Of a DNA stretch of 62,000 bases, positions 36,243 through 47,279 are shown piece after piece. Positions within the stretch are counted from its first letter, which is position 1, and each line of letters starts with the position of its first letter. Under the pieces are notes generated by a model. It saw only the letters and a program-made list of their open reading frames with translations, was not told the DNA's origin and ran no database searches. The position numbers were made by a program, and so were the translations under genes. Source of the DNA: Wallemia ichthyophaga EXF-994 (taxonomy: Eukaryota; Fungi; Basidiomycota). The stretch spans positions 144,001 through 206,000 of the forward strand of contig NW_008806276.1 of the NCBI RefSeq assembly GCF_000400465.1. The letters run 5' to 3'.

Positions 36243-37771
36243 ATGGGACTGATGGAATTAAAATTAGAGGATAAGGATAAGCAATCATCGAAGATTGTTG
36301 CAGAAGACACAAGGGTTGTCATCCGAACTCCAAAGGCCAACACTACGAAGAAGGCAAGCAGAAGTTGTAAAAGCTGTTTTAATAGAGGAAATTACGAGCC
36401 GATTGACTCAGTTGTGGGACATGAGACTCACCTCACCTATTACAGAATTGTCAGTTGCAGCATCAACATCGAAGGCTATGTGCACCTATCAGTCGTGTCT
36501 TCTCAACATGACAACAAGCTCATGAGCTTTGAGGGGAATCCATTGAATATGTCAATTGAGCAGGCGAGAGATTTCTTGCACGGATTGCGCGTTAAGGCTG
36601 GTGAGTTTGTCGCTGCCTTGTGTTGCCATGCTAATTAATAAAGGCATCCCTCGAGCAAGGAAGTTGAAGGTATTGGTCAATCCTGTAGGAGGCCAAGGAA
36701 ATGCAATCAGGTATTACAATGAAAGAGTCTTCCCTATTTTGAGATCATCTGGATGCACAGTAGATTTGCAAAGTAAGTTTATCAGATACTCATTCCGTTT
36801 CCTTCTAATAATCAAAAGTGCTGGAATACAAGTTACATGCTTTTGACATTGCTAAAGAAATGGATCTCTCTTATGACGCCATAGTCTGTGTTAGTGGAGA
36901 TGGTGCTGTACACGAAGTGCTAAACGGGTTCTTACACCACCAAAACCCAATCAAGGCAATACAAACACCACTTTGTCCAATCCCTGCTGGTTCTGGCAAC
37001 AGTCTGAGCTTGTGCTTGTTAGGTTTGGAGGAAGGGTTTGACATCAGCTTGGCAACACTCAACGCAATCAAAGGCCACGCCATGCCCTTGGATTTGTTCT
37101 CAATTATGCAAGGCAACAAGCGCACATTATCGTATCTCACTCAAGCCACTGGTTTAATGGCAGATTTAGATATCGGTACTGAGGATATGAGATGGCTGGG
37201 CGATACACGATTCGTAATTGGTTACGTGCGCTCTCTTGTCAGAAATGCGCCATGCCCCTGCGAAATCTACATCAAGGTAGAGCACGATGACAAAAATCAA
37301 ATGGTCAATTGGGTACGCGAAAGACATTTGGACACACCGGTTCCTGTACCTCAGTATACGGGAAGTGAGTTACCAAAAGTACAGTATCCAAATGGTCCTG
37401 AATTTGATTGGGAAAAGGTCTCCGATGACATCTCCTACCTATATGCTGGACAGGTGCCCTGGGTTAGCAGGGACTTGAAACAATTTCCCGTTTCCATGCC
37501 AAACGACGGCTTCATAGATGTTGCCGTTCAGCTGAATGTCTCACGTATGCAAAAGATAAAGGCTATGGATGGTGCCGAGAACGGTGCTATGTTCTTTGAC
37601 GATTCATTAAAGTACTACAAAGCTAAAGCTTATCACTTCAAACCATTACAAACCGATGGATATATCTCAATCGACGGAGAAAGTGCACCAATCCTGCCAT
37701 TCACAGTAGAAATAATGCCCAGCTTAGCAAGAGTATTATCCCCATATTATACCTGGAACAACCAATTTTAA
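36243..37771 (+). CDS. Sphingoid long-chain base kinase (Lcb4/5-like), copy 2; two introns
   Basis: VNPVGGQG, SGDGAVHEVLNG, PAGSGN, MRWLGDTRF, SIDGE; tandem paralogue of copy 1. Confidence 0.9.
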
Positions 37772-37957
37772 AACAGACAAGGACGATTAGAATCAAGAAC
37801 AATTTCGTGTAATTTTTTGACAACAAATTAAGCATTAAAAGTAAGTTGTGTGATCGGCATAAGTGATAAATAAAAATGAGTCATTGAAATCATAAGAAGC
37901 GAGTGAAATGATTGAGTAAAATGGGTAGAAAGAAGTGATTAGATTGAGCGATGTAAG

Positions 37958-40900
37958 TTAGTCCCGTTCTTTGTTTAATGAGCTTCGACTAAAGTTGGCA
38001 AATTTAGACGACTTGCTTGGTTTCTTAGAGGTGACTGATTGATTATCGCCCGGATCGAGACTTTCACGATTCCTCACTGAGGAAGTCGATGGTCTACCTT
38101 CATTAGGTGACCATTGTAGCCTGACTGTGACATAACCGTTACCTCCAAGCAATTCAATATCAAATTCAGCTGCTTGAGTTGTTAGCAAGATATTTTTGTT
38201 CACACAAAATATAACACCCACCTGAAGTTTCGTTCTTCTCTGGATGAATGTATTGGCCAATCATGATATTATTGTAGCCAATTTGACGATCACCGAAGAG
38301 ATGCTTGTCAACAATCTCTACACTAAACGTTGGCTTTTCAGGTTTAGTGTGCAAAAGGAAAGTTTCATCGAAAGAAGGTTCGGAACTCTTAGAGAGTGCC
38401 TTTCCTTCGATCTTGTATCTTCCCATTCTCAACACAGGTCTGGCTTTAGGCAACTCACGACCTTCTCCTTTAAGATCCCATGCTCTGACGACAGTTACAT
38501 TCAAATCACCTGAGTCGACTTTCGATGCAGGTCTATCGCGCTGAGCATCTGACATCAATTCTCTGGGAGCATCCGCTTCGTCATCTACGAAACCTTCGCT
38601 TCCAGTAGAGGAAGGCTTTTTGGAGAAGCCGAAAATTTGACCAGCCTTGCCGAAAACGCCGCCGACATTATTGCCGATGAAGCCAGCGCCTGAGATGGCG
38701 CCCTTGCCGATATGACCGGCACCATGGGCGACTCCCTTTCCAGCTCCAATACCAATACCGCCGACCTGCGTGAGAGCTCTGCCAGCTTGGCTGAAAGTCG
38801 AAGTGCGCGCACGCGTCTTGACGATGAATGAGGGTTTGAAGACGTAACTGACTTTGATCGTGCCCTGGTCACCGCTTTCGCCATCTTTGAGATCGTAAGT
38901 GAATTCAGTCGACTCGAGTGGCTCGAATGCAGTCAAGTCCACCTTGGCAACACCGAGTAAATCGGCTGCTGACAACCTGTCCCAGTCATAAACTTCAATC
39001 GTGAAGTTTCCATCGACTCTGTTAGGAACCTGGACTTCGAAGAATTCTTCCCACTCTGGATGCAACGTTTTCTTCTTCGTTTCAGTCTTGTATACTCTCT
39101 CGCCGTTGAGGAGAAAAACGGCGTATGGATCAGATTTACCATTGCGATCTGCACTTGCAAGCCCCTTGGCATTGTGGACTTCGACTCTGAGATTGCCCTG
39201 GTTGTTGACAGACTCTCTGAGACTGAGGTCGATATCAACGGGGATGTACTTAGACAAAACCTTCACCTTGGACTGATTATCGCCTGCATCTGATAGAGTA
39301 AATTCTGCCTCTTTGTTGAGCGTGCGGTAGAAAAATTCTCTCATATCCATGCTTGTCTCAGCGTAAACCTGATCATCCTCTTCTTGTGAACCTGTGTTCA
39401 ATCTAATTCTCAGCTGTGAGAATGAAAGCTCGCGGACCATAGCTTCTCCAATGAAATTCCAGTTGGCGTTCTTCGAACGCGCCTTCTCGGTGGTGATCGA
39501 AGGCCAGATTGCGTCGTCAATGAGGAACTCAAGTCGCGTGTTCCTCTGTGCCACCTGTCCTGTATCGCACTTGACAACTATGATTCCCGACTCTAGATAG
39601 TGTTTTGGTGAGATACTAATCAGCATAAATTATTTAACTCACCTCTTTCAAGTAACTCATCTTCATTTAATTCCAAACCAGCACTTTCCTCTTCTTCGGC
39701 AGATGATTTTTCTTTACCCTTTTCATCGCTCTCTCCGTCAATGTTCTCTTCCTTGGCATTCTCTTCCTCCTCCTTCTTGTCTTCTTCCTCTTTCTTCTTT
39801 ACATCTTCCGCAGACTCGAAGGTACTTCCCTTAATCTTCCAAGCAGGGACAAAGTCAGCCTCGAATTCTAGTTCACCCTTATAACCACCCTTGTCAAGCT
39901 TCATAGGAGACGTACGTCTATTTACTCCAGTAGCCATGTATGGTTTGTTCTTTCTCTCGTTCTCATCATCGTTGGGTCTGATAATATCTCTAGCTCTAAG
40001 AGTTGTGTGTCCCAATGGTCTGTCTTTGCCCTGGCTCTGGTAGTCGGCAGCTTCCAAGTAAACGATATCTCTGAGAGAGTGGATCGGTATGTAGAGAACC
40101 TCATTCCATACAGGATTGAGGTTATTATCGATAATATTCGTTCTAGCTTGCACTCTACCAGCGATAATGGCCTTAACGTAAGGATCACTTTTACCGCCGA
40201 AAGCGATCTCAACGTTCTTCAGGTCGTTTGCACGCTTGCAGAAGACTCTCAACAGTCCGATAGGTGGAGTGTACTGGCCTGCTACATCCAGCGCATCATC
40301 CATAGCCACTGACTTGAACGACGCGGACATTCTGATTTTACCACCGTCTTTAGCCAAATCAAACCACTTTCCTTCCTTCTCATTGGTCTCAAGCAAATCA
40401 CTGACATTGACATTGACATGCGCGATTGGGATTGACGCCTTGAAGTTGTGCGCGTGATACACCTTGACTTTCAAACTCGTCTTGTCTTTGTTGGTGACGA
40501 GAAATTCGCCGTGGGAGTCCCATTCAGGCGAATTTGTACCTCTGATCATTTTTGTTTGCTGGACTTGCTTATTTTTCAAGTAAACGCTGGCGGAAGGGTT
40601 TACACGACCAACCTTGGACGCATCTGTGTTGAGATCCTTGGCTTCGTGGATGTATAGTCTGACAACACCAGTTGGGAGATCTGGAACAGCTTCAAGTGAG
40701 TCTCCTTCCTTTGGTGGCTCCATGACTGGGTAGTAGCTCAGATCAAATATGATATCACCTTTTTCTCTACCATTATTGTAGAGCTTTGTCATGACATGTT
40801 CTTGCAAAGGATCATCGGCTAGGGATTGGATGTTGTATGTGGCTAAACCAATGTCTGAGTCTTTGCGATAATCATTGTAATCATAAACGTTAAGTACCAG

Positions 40901-42722
40901 CTGGTCGTTGAGAGAGTTGACGAGTAAATACTTTGTTTCCATCCAGAATGGGTTGTTGGTAGACTTATGAATCGTTGTTTTGTCGTTTATTGTCTTGGAG
41001 TTACCAAGTCTGACGGTAGTGTATGGATTTGGTTCACCACCACCGACTTTGATGGAACGCAGACCTCTAGCTTGACGAAGAGTGAGTACCAATACACCGC
41101 ATGCGGAATCGAGAGCACCGCCAGCGAGAATTTCTTGCAAGTTGATTGTAAAGACGTTAGGATCGAAAATAAGTGGTTGCATCATGTTAAATATCTGTTC
41201 TCTGATAAAGGTGGTCAAACCAGGAATGTAGTTGACATCCAAGCCAGAGTGTTCACCACCGATTGGTATGGCCATGTAGTCGAATTCAGGTTTTTCGATG
41301 AATGACAGATCAACCAATTTGATGTGAGGGAAGTCATTAATCAGGGTAAGATTGACTCTTATGTTACCAGTAAAGCTAAATTCCTTGAGCACAACAGGCA
41401 GACTGACTGAGTATTTACCTTTACCGATAACGGCTTGTAGGACAATCTTTGGGTTGACAGTGCCTTCTGTCTGACCTTCTCCGAGTGCACCCAAGTCTGC
41501 TGGTGTAAATGAAACGTGCCAATCCATGGTGATTTGGTTGTCGGCGGTCGATGGCCATGTTCTGACCTTGAGAATGCGCGGCGCTTTGCTACCAAGGGTG
41601 AGATAACGAAGTCTCGCAGACCTTACGAATCCAGGCTTGCGCTCAGCTATTATAGGCTCAACACTGTTGATAGCTTTTTCACAGATGTATGGCTCGAGGT
41701 GCTCCCAGAAGTTGATTAGTAGATTGTTGACCCAGTCAGCTGACTGAGCCTCTGTTGCAAGTGGAGGTTTCATCAGTTGCCTGGAAATTCCCTCTCTGAC
41801 TTCGTGATCAACTTTTGAGATACTAATATTGTAATAAGTAACAGCAGCTACTGCAACGACAGCCTGTGGGCCCAGGCTGAAGTTGAAGTAGGCAAGAATG
41901 TAAGTGAGTATAGAAGAGACTAAAACGACAGCAGCGTTGTGAAACCATTGTCCATAGAACTTTTCGGGAAGCAAAGTGGAAGTACCATCATCATCATCGA
42001 CACCGTTGAGTTCAACAGAATGAGCGCCTAAGCTGTCTGGGATTTCTTTATCCCTCATGTACCATTTTGGGAGGGAAGTAGAAGGTAACTCATCTGTGGA
42101 GCTGGACAAGTTACCAGGAATATCTTCAACAGCGTAGATAGGACCAGATTCGAAAGCAGCTTCGCCTTCTTTTTTTGTGCTTTGCTGAGGAGTTGACTTC
42201 TGCTGAACTGCAGGAACTTTTGAAGGTTTTGGCTTTGCTGGAGAGTATGTGAGTGTAGGAGAGGGAGATTGTTGGAGACATACGTGGCTCTTCTTTTGGA
42301 GTTGAAGGCTTTGGAAGGTTATCTCCTTCTACACCATAATTTTGATCATTCTTTTGCTCCTCAAGTAATTCAGCTTCTTTGTTGGTTGTGGATTCGTTTG
42401 GATCGAAAGAGTGAACAGGCGCATGCTTTGCAGCCTTCTTAAAGAGAGCTTTAACTTCATTTTCGTTAACGTGGTCGCTATCTTCCCGAGAAATACCAAA
42501 TCTAGGTACAGGAATCGGACCGAATTTCTTCCAAGAAAAACCGGATTTATCAGGTTTATCAGATTTATCATTTGACTTGTTGTTACTGTCATTTGGGATT
42601 TGTGGAACTGGAGGGACATCTTCTTGATGCTGTGGCTGTGGCTGAGGGGCTTTAGAGGATGCGATTGAAGAGGTCCTCGATCTACGCTTGAAAATACCTG
42701 AAGACCGCCTTGAATCTGACAT
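37958..42722 (-). CDS. TCB: Tricalbin / extended synaptotagmin (TM hairpin, SMP domain, multiple C2 domains); about 3 introns
   Basis: ADWVNNLLINFW, FTGNIRV (SMP), GGKSDPYV, ADRNGKSDPYAVF (C2). Confidence 0.92.
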
Positions 42723-42895
42723 GTGCTGCTGCGAATGGGGGAATTACGTCGTGGGTGAAATTCAAGGGAAGAAACTGGGAAATTTGGGAGAAAGATGAAT
42801 AAAAAGATATACATTGAGTAATTAAATAATTAATATAATTGATATATCGGGTTGAATACTGTTAATTACACACAGCCAACAACCGTTACAACAGA

Positions 42896-43701
42896 ATGAG
42901 TGAGAATCAAAAGCCAGTACAAGTGAAGCTCGTCCTTCTTGGGGAAGCAGCCGTTGGAAAATCATCCGTCGTTCTGAGGTTCGTTCAAAATGATTTCCAG
43001 GAGTACAAAGAGCCTACGATTGGTGCAGCATTCTTGAGTGGGTGGGGAGTTTAATAATAACTAATTTAACATCAATAAACAGCCCAAAAGTGTAGATTAG
43101 AGGATAAAGTGATTAAATTTGAGATATGGGATACTGCTGGTCAGGAAAGGTTTAGGAGTTTGGCACCAATGTGGGTTTTGAGATGCTTTCAATAAAATCC
43201 ACTTAGAATACTCTCAGGTACTACCGTAACGCTCTCTCTGCTGTAGTCGTTTACGATATAACTTCATCATCCAGCTTCGACAAGGCAAAGAGTTGGGTTA
43301 AGGAACTCCAACGACAGGCCTCTCCAAATGTCATTATAGCCCTTGTCGGTAACAAGCTTGACTTGGTTGAGAAATCTGAGGAGAATGAGGATTATTTAGA
43401 TGACGTAGCATCATTCGATCAAAACGCAGTCTCAGAACCAAGCCAAACTCATTCAAGGGCCATCTCACGTGATGAAGCTCAAGCTTACGCTGAAGAGAGC
43501 AATCTTCTCTTCTTTGAAACATCCGCAAAGACTAGTGAAGGCGTTGTTGAAGTTTTTACTGAAATTGCAAAGAAGATTCCACATGAGCAGATCCTCAATT
43601 CCACTAAATCCAGAGCCCAGGATCAATCACAGCAGAACAACGTAAGCCTCAACTCAACCGAGAACCAACCAAAGCAAGTCGGAGACAATTGTGCCTGTTG
43701 A
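42896..43701 (+). CDS. VPS21: Rab5-family GTPase (Vps21/Ypt5); two introns
   Basis: [45 protein letters not shown]-terminal CAC prenylation motif. Confidence 0.92.
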
Positions 43702-43835
43702 GTACCCTTTTCTTAATTATACCAGACACATAAATCGCTTTTTGATGAATATTTTGATTTTTAACAATCGAGTGGGGTGAACTGAGCTGAGAATTCCCCT
43801 ACGAAACAACCACCAACTCAACGAATCAACGAAAA

Positions 43836-44831
43836 ATGGCACCTGTTGAAGGAAAGAAAGGCTTTTCATGGTCAAACATCGCTGTAGGTAGCGTAATGAA
43901 CATGTTTGAAGGTTAGTATTTTGTCTCCTTCCTGTTTGCTATAAGTATCTTACAAACATAAGTATCTACACTTGGTCAGCCACTTGAAGTTTGTAAGACT
44001 ACTCTCTCCGCTCAAAGATCCTTGTCCATGCGTCAAGCCATTTCTCTCATTTACTCGCGTGGTGGTCTCGCTGGTTTCTATCAAGGTCTGATACCATGGG
44101 TGAGTCCTTCTTGAGACACCTTCTACCCATCTCTTTGACACCGTAACCAGGCCTGGATCGAAGCTTCTACAAAAGGCGCCGTTCTTCTTTTCACCGCCGC
44201 TGAAATTGAAAAATACTCCGTTACTGCCGGGATAAGTCCTGCTGCCGCCGGTTTACTCGGTGGTATGGGTGGTGGTATCGCTCAAGCATACGCTACTATG
44301 GGTTTCTGCACCTGTATGAAGACTGCTGAAATTACAAGACACAAGGAGGCCGCATCAGGCATCACCCCTCCATCAACCTGGAAAGTCTTTGGTGATATCT
44401 ACAAAGCTGAGGGTATTGCCGGTATCAACAAAGGTGTCAACGCTGTCGCTCTCCGTCAAATGACCAACTGGGGTTCAAGAATGGGTTTTGCTCGTCTCTC
44501 AGAGAGTCTCATTAGAAAGGCTAGGGGTAAGACAGATGGTGAAAAGCTCAACTTGGCAGACAAGGTCGCTTCTGCTACCTTTGGTGGTGCACTCGCTACT
44601 TGGAATCAACCAATCGAGGTTGTTAGAGTTGAGATGCAATCTATGAGCAAGAGCGCTGACGTCGCCAACAAGCCAAACGGCGTCTTCGGTACTCTCGGCT
44701 ACATCTACAAGGAGAACGGTGTCAAGGGCCTATACCGCGGTGTCACCCCTAGAATCGGTCTCGGTGTTTGGCAAACTATCTGTATGGTTACTTTTAGTGA
44801 TATGGTCCGCGAAGCTCTCGGTGCCAAGTAA
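43836..44831 (+). CDS. YHM2: Mitochondrial citrate/oxoglutarate carrier Yhm2; about 3 introns
   Basis: [47 protein letters not shown]. Confidence 0.92.
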
Positions 44832-45233
44832 GCCAAGCAAAGCACTTATATCATTCTGTCATTACTTAAAATGTCGTTGTTGTCGTAGGAAATATCATAA
44901 AAGCATGTCATAAACTTTTTTCATTGAATCCATATCGTTGTCATAAAATTCTGTTGCGAGGACAGTTTCTGTCACGATTTACCTTTCGCGTACCTCTCAC
45001 AAATTCAGCGGTGCTAAATTTTTCACTATGCTAAAATTCGATTCAAGAGTACGTAAATCAGCGTTCTTGTAATAGATATGCAACATACAATAAAAAAATC
45101 TCACTACGCCAGAGAAGATCTGAACTAGCTCACATTCCTAACTGCGGTTTTTTTATCAACACATTTCCCCTATTCGCGCTGAATATCACGCTAAATTAAT
45201 AAAGATTGTAAAGTTAGTGCGGAATGAGTAGAG

Positions 45234-45241
45234 TATAAATA
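45234..45241 (+). promoter_or_regulatory. TATA box of the hydrophobin gene
   Basis: TATAAATA about 50 nt upstream of ATG 45292, followed by a CT-rich leader. Confidence 0.65.
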
Positions 45242-45291
45242 CCTACCGCCTACCTTCCTTCTTTCCACACAACTCATCTCCAATCTTTACA

Positions 45292-45760
45292 ATGATCGCT
45301 CAAACCATTTTCGCTACCGCCCTCATCGCCTCTGTTTCGGCCGGATGGGAAGACAAGAGCAAGATTGGCTCATGTAACACCGGCAAAGTTTCATGCTGTA
45401 AGTTTGGGAGATGTTTAGCTTGACACCATCTCACACCGCCAAGGCGACTTGAACAAGAAGGCTCAATCTAGCACCGGCAAGGATGACTCTCTCATCTCCA
45501 CTGGTGACATTGCTTCTCAAATCGGTGTTCAGTGTGACCAAGTCCCTCTCCTTATCGGTGTTGCATTGCAAGGTTTGTACCTTTTCGTCACCTTGAACAA
45601 TGCTAACAAAACGCTAGATGAATGTAAAAACACCCCAGTCTGTTGCGAGGACATGGAATCAGATGGTCTCATTGGTTTGGGTGCGTTGACGCGTTTGCCG
45701 TGATACCTTTTGCATTGCTAACTTGACACTTCAGGCTGTACCCCTCTCCCAATCATTTAA
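45292..45760 (+). CDS. Class I hydrophobin, about 104 aa, 3 introns (first 45398-45443)
   Basis: Spliced MIAQTIFATALIASVSA-GWEDKSKIGSCNTGKVSCCDLNKK...QCDQVPLLIGVALQDECKNTPVCCEDMESDGLIGLGCTPLPII*: signal peptide and 8 Cys in the C-CC-C-C-CC-C pattern. Confidence 0.9.
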
Positions 45761-45950
45761 GCTGGCGCTTTTAACCTCCTACAAACTGTTTAGCTTTTGT
45801 AATACTACTATTAATCTCGGGTTTTAGACGTTCTCTGAGAGTGAGGATCAGTCTTTTCAAAGACTCAGTATCTTCACAAAAATTTTAATCTAGGCTTAGT
45901 ATACAAGTAGAACTATGGAAAGAAGCTGTTTAAAAATTGGTGCAAACATC

Positions 45951-45961
45951 AAAAAGCAAAA
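45951..45961 (-). terminator. Pol III terminator (T4, then T5) directly after the tRNA-Arg(ACG) 5' half
   Basis: Minus strand reads ...CTACGG TTAAAG TTTT GC TTTTT. Confidence 0.7.
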
Positions 45962-45967
45962 CTTTAA

Positions 45968-46044
45968 CCGTAGTCGAATACTCTACCATTGAGCCAGCCG
46001 GCCGCAGTGACCGACGCAGGGCTCGAAACCTGCAACCTTTCGAT
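45968..46044 (-). tRNA. Putative circularly permuted tRNA-Arg(ACG): 3' half (46044-46008), 4-nt spacer, 5' half (46003-45968)
   Basis: Minus strand: ATCGAA AGGTT GCAGG TTTCGAGC CCTGC GTCGGTC A | CTGC | GGCCGGC TG GCTC AATGGTA GAGT A TTCGA CT ACG G. The halves pair across both the acceptor and anticodon stems. The T-loop has one extra T. Confidence 0.7.
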
Positions 46045-46055
46045 ATCAGCTTCTC

Positions 46056-46066
46056 CCATTGAGATA
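46056..46066 (-). promoter_or_regulatory. A-box-like element upstream of the permuted tRNA's B box
   Basis: TATCTCAATGG, 9/11 identical to the tRNA's own A box TGGCTCAATGG, about 25 nt upstream of the T-arm B box. Confidence 0.5.
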
Positions 46067-46126
46067 TTTCGAACTGAGAGAGTACTGTTGAGCTTATGTG
46101 CTGATTCTGTTACACGCAAAGAATAA

Positions 46127-46795
46127 ATGCAAAAATTTTACAAAACATTCAATTCCCATTGTATCCCAGGAGATGTGGATATCTACGGCAACGAACTAGC
46201 AGACACCGCTAACGATGGTAGAACACTGCCGATCCACAGGACTATGTGGTGTCACCTAACACTTAAAACTTCATACTCAGCAATGCGAAGCAGAATGCGC
46301 GAGCGCTATACAGCACCACTAAAAGTAGATGCCTCCAAAATATCAGACATTAAGTTCAACGCCGCAAAAACATCAGCTGGAAGGCTGACAGCAGCAAAAA
46401 CGGCCAAGATACTCAATGAACTGCCCAGAGCAACGAGATGCCTAACCACCCAGCTACGCTCGGGGCATTTACCTGCGACTAAGTCCTACCTTAAACGTTT
46501 CCGACTGATTGATTCACCTAAATGCAGTGCGTGTGGCACAGAGGACACCATCTCGCATAGAATCTTCTGCAAAAGACATATAATGGCCAGAATCACATTA
46601 AGAAAAAATATTACCAAGATCAATATTCGGTTCGAATTAGTTCCAATACTCAGAAACGCACATTCTCTACGAGCCCTTTACGAGTTCTTCAAACTGCAAT
46701 TGACTACGTACCAAAGATATTCCAGTGGTTCAGCGCAATTGAGAACCAATAACAATTTACAAATTACGACGCTAAACGAGAAACGCCTCCAGTAA
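46127..46795 (+). mobile_element. 5'-truncated non-LTR retrotransposon (Tad/I-like) fragment: RNase H C-terminus plus CCHC-type finger, ORF uninterrupted
   Basis: IPGDVDIYGNELAD (cf. RNase H WxPGHxGIxGNExAD), TQLRSGH, CSACGTEDTISHRIFC. Confidence 0.75.
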
Positions 46796-47279
46796 ATTCG
46801 GCGCCCCCTTTGACTCCTCATTCTTTAAGAAGTATTGTTAGAGGCAGTCTAAACATTTATCGTGTTAACAATATATTCAGGTCAATTTTAGACTAAGACA
46901 CCAGAGAGTGTCATGGAAGTAAGAAATTTATCTTAAATGTATCAATAAAGACCCATTATTTTTTTATAAACCTCTAAAGCCCAGCGAGAGTGGCAAATAT
47001 TTCATTTACTGCCGTGGGATTTCTCTCGAGTGACGAGGAGGGCTTTGTGAGAATCTTGTAAATAGTCTCAACCTTAGCAATTTACATCCTGCTAAATTGA
47101 AATACAAGTTATCATCTCATACGCGTGGAATTGATTGCGTTATCTAAGGCAATGACGAAAGCAGGCGTAGGTTGTTGCAATAATAATTGGCCGCACTTGT
47201 ATATTCTTCAAATAAATCACTTTAATCTATTCCTTTCAAATTATTTTGAAAATTGCATCTTCTTTCTCCCAAACCACCA

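Noticed and set aside
45880-45967. Possibility that the Arg(ACG) 5' half begins a normal intron-containing tRNA continuing downstream
   Set aside because: T4/T5 terminators follow within 6 nt, and no TCGAA, T-arm or acceptor strand is visible downstream
46045-46110. Possibility that the 3' half belongs to an intact upstream tRNA
   Set aside because: The upstream sequence has no strand pairing with GTCGGTC, no D-stem and no valid anticodon loop; only decayed fragments remain
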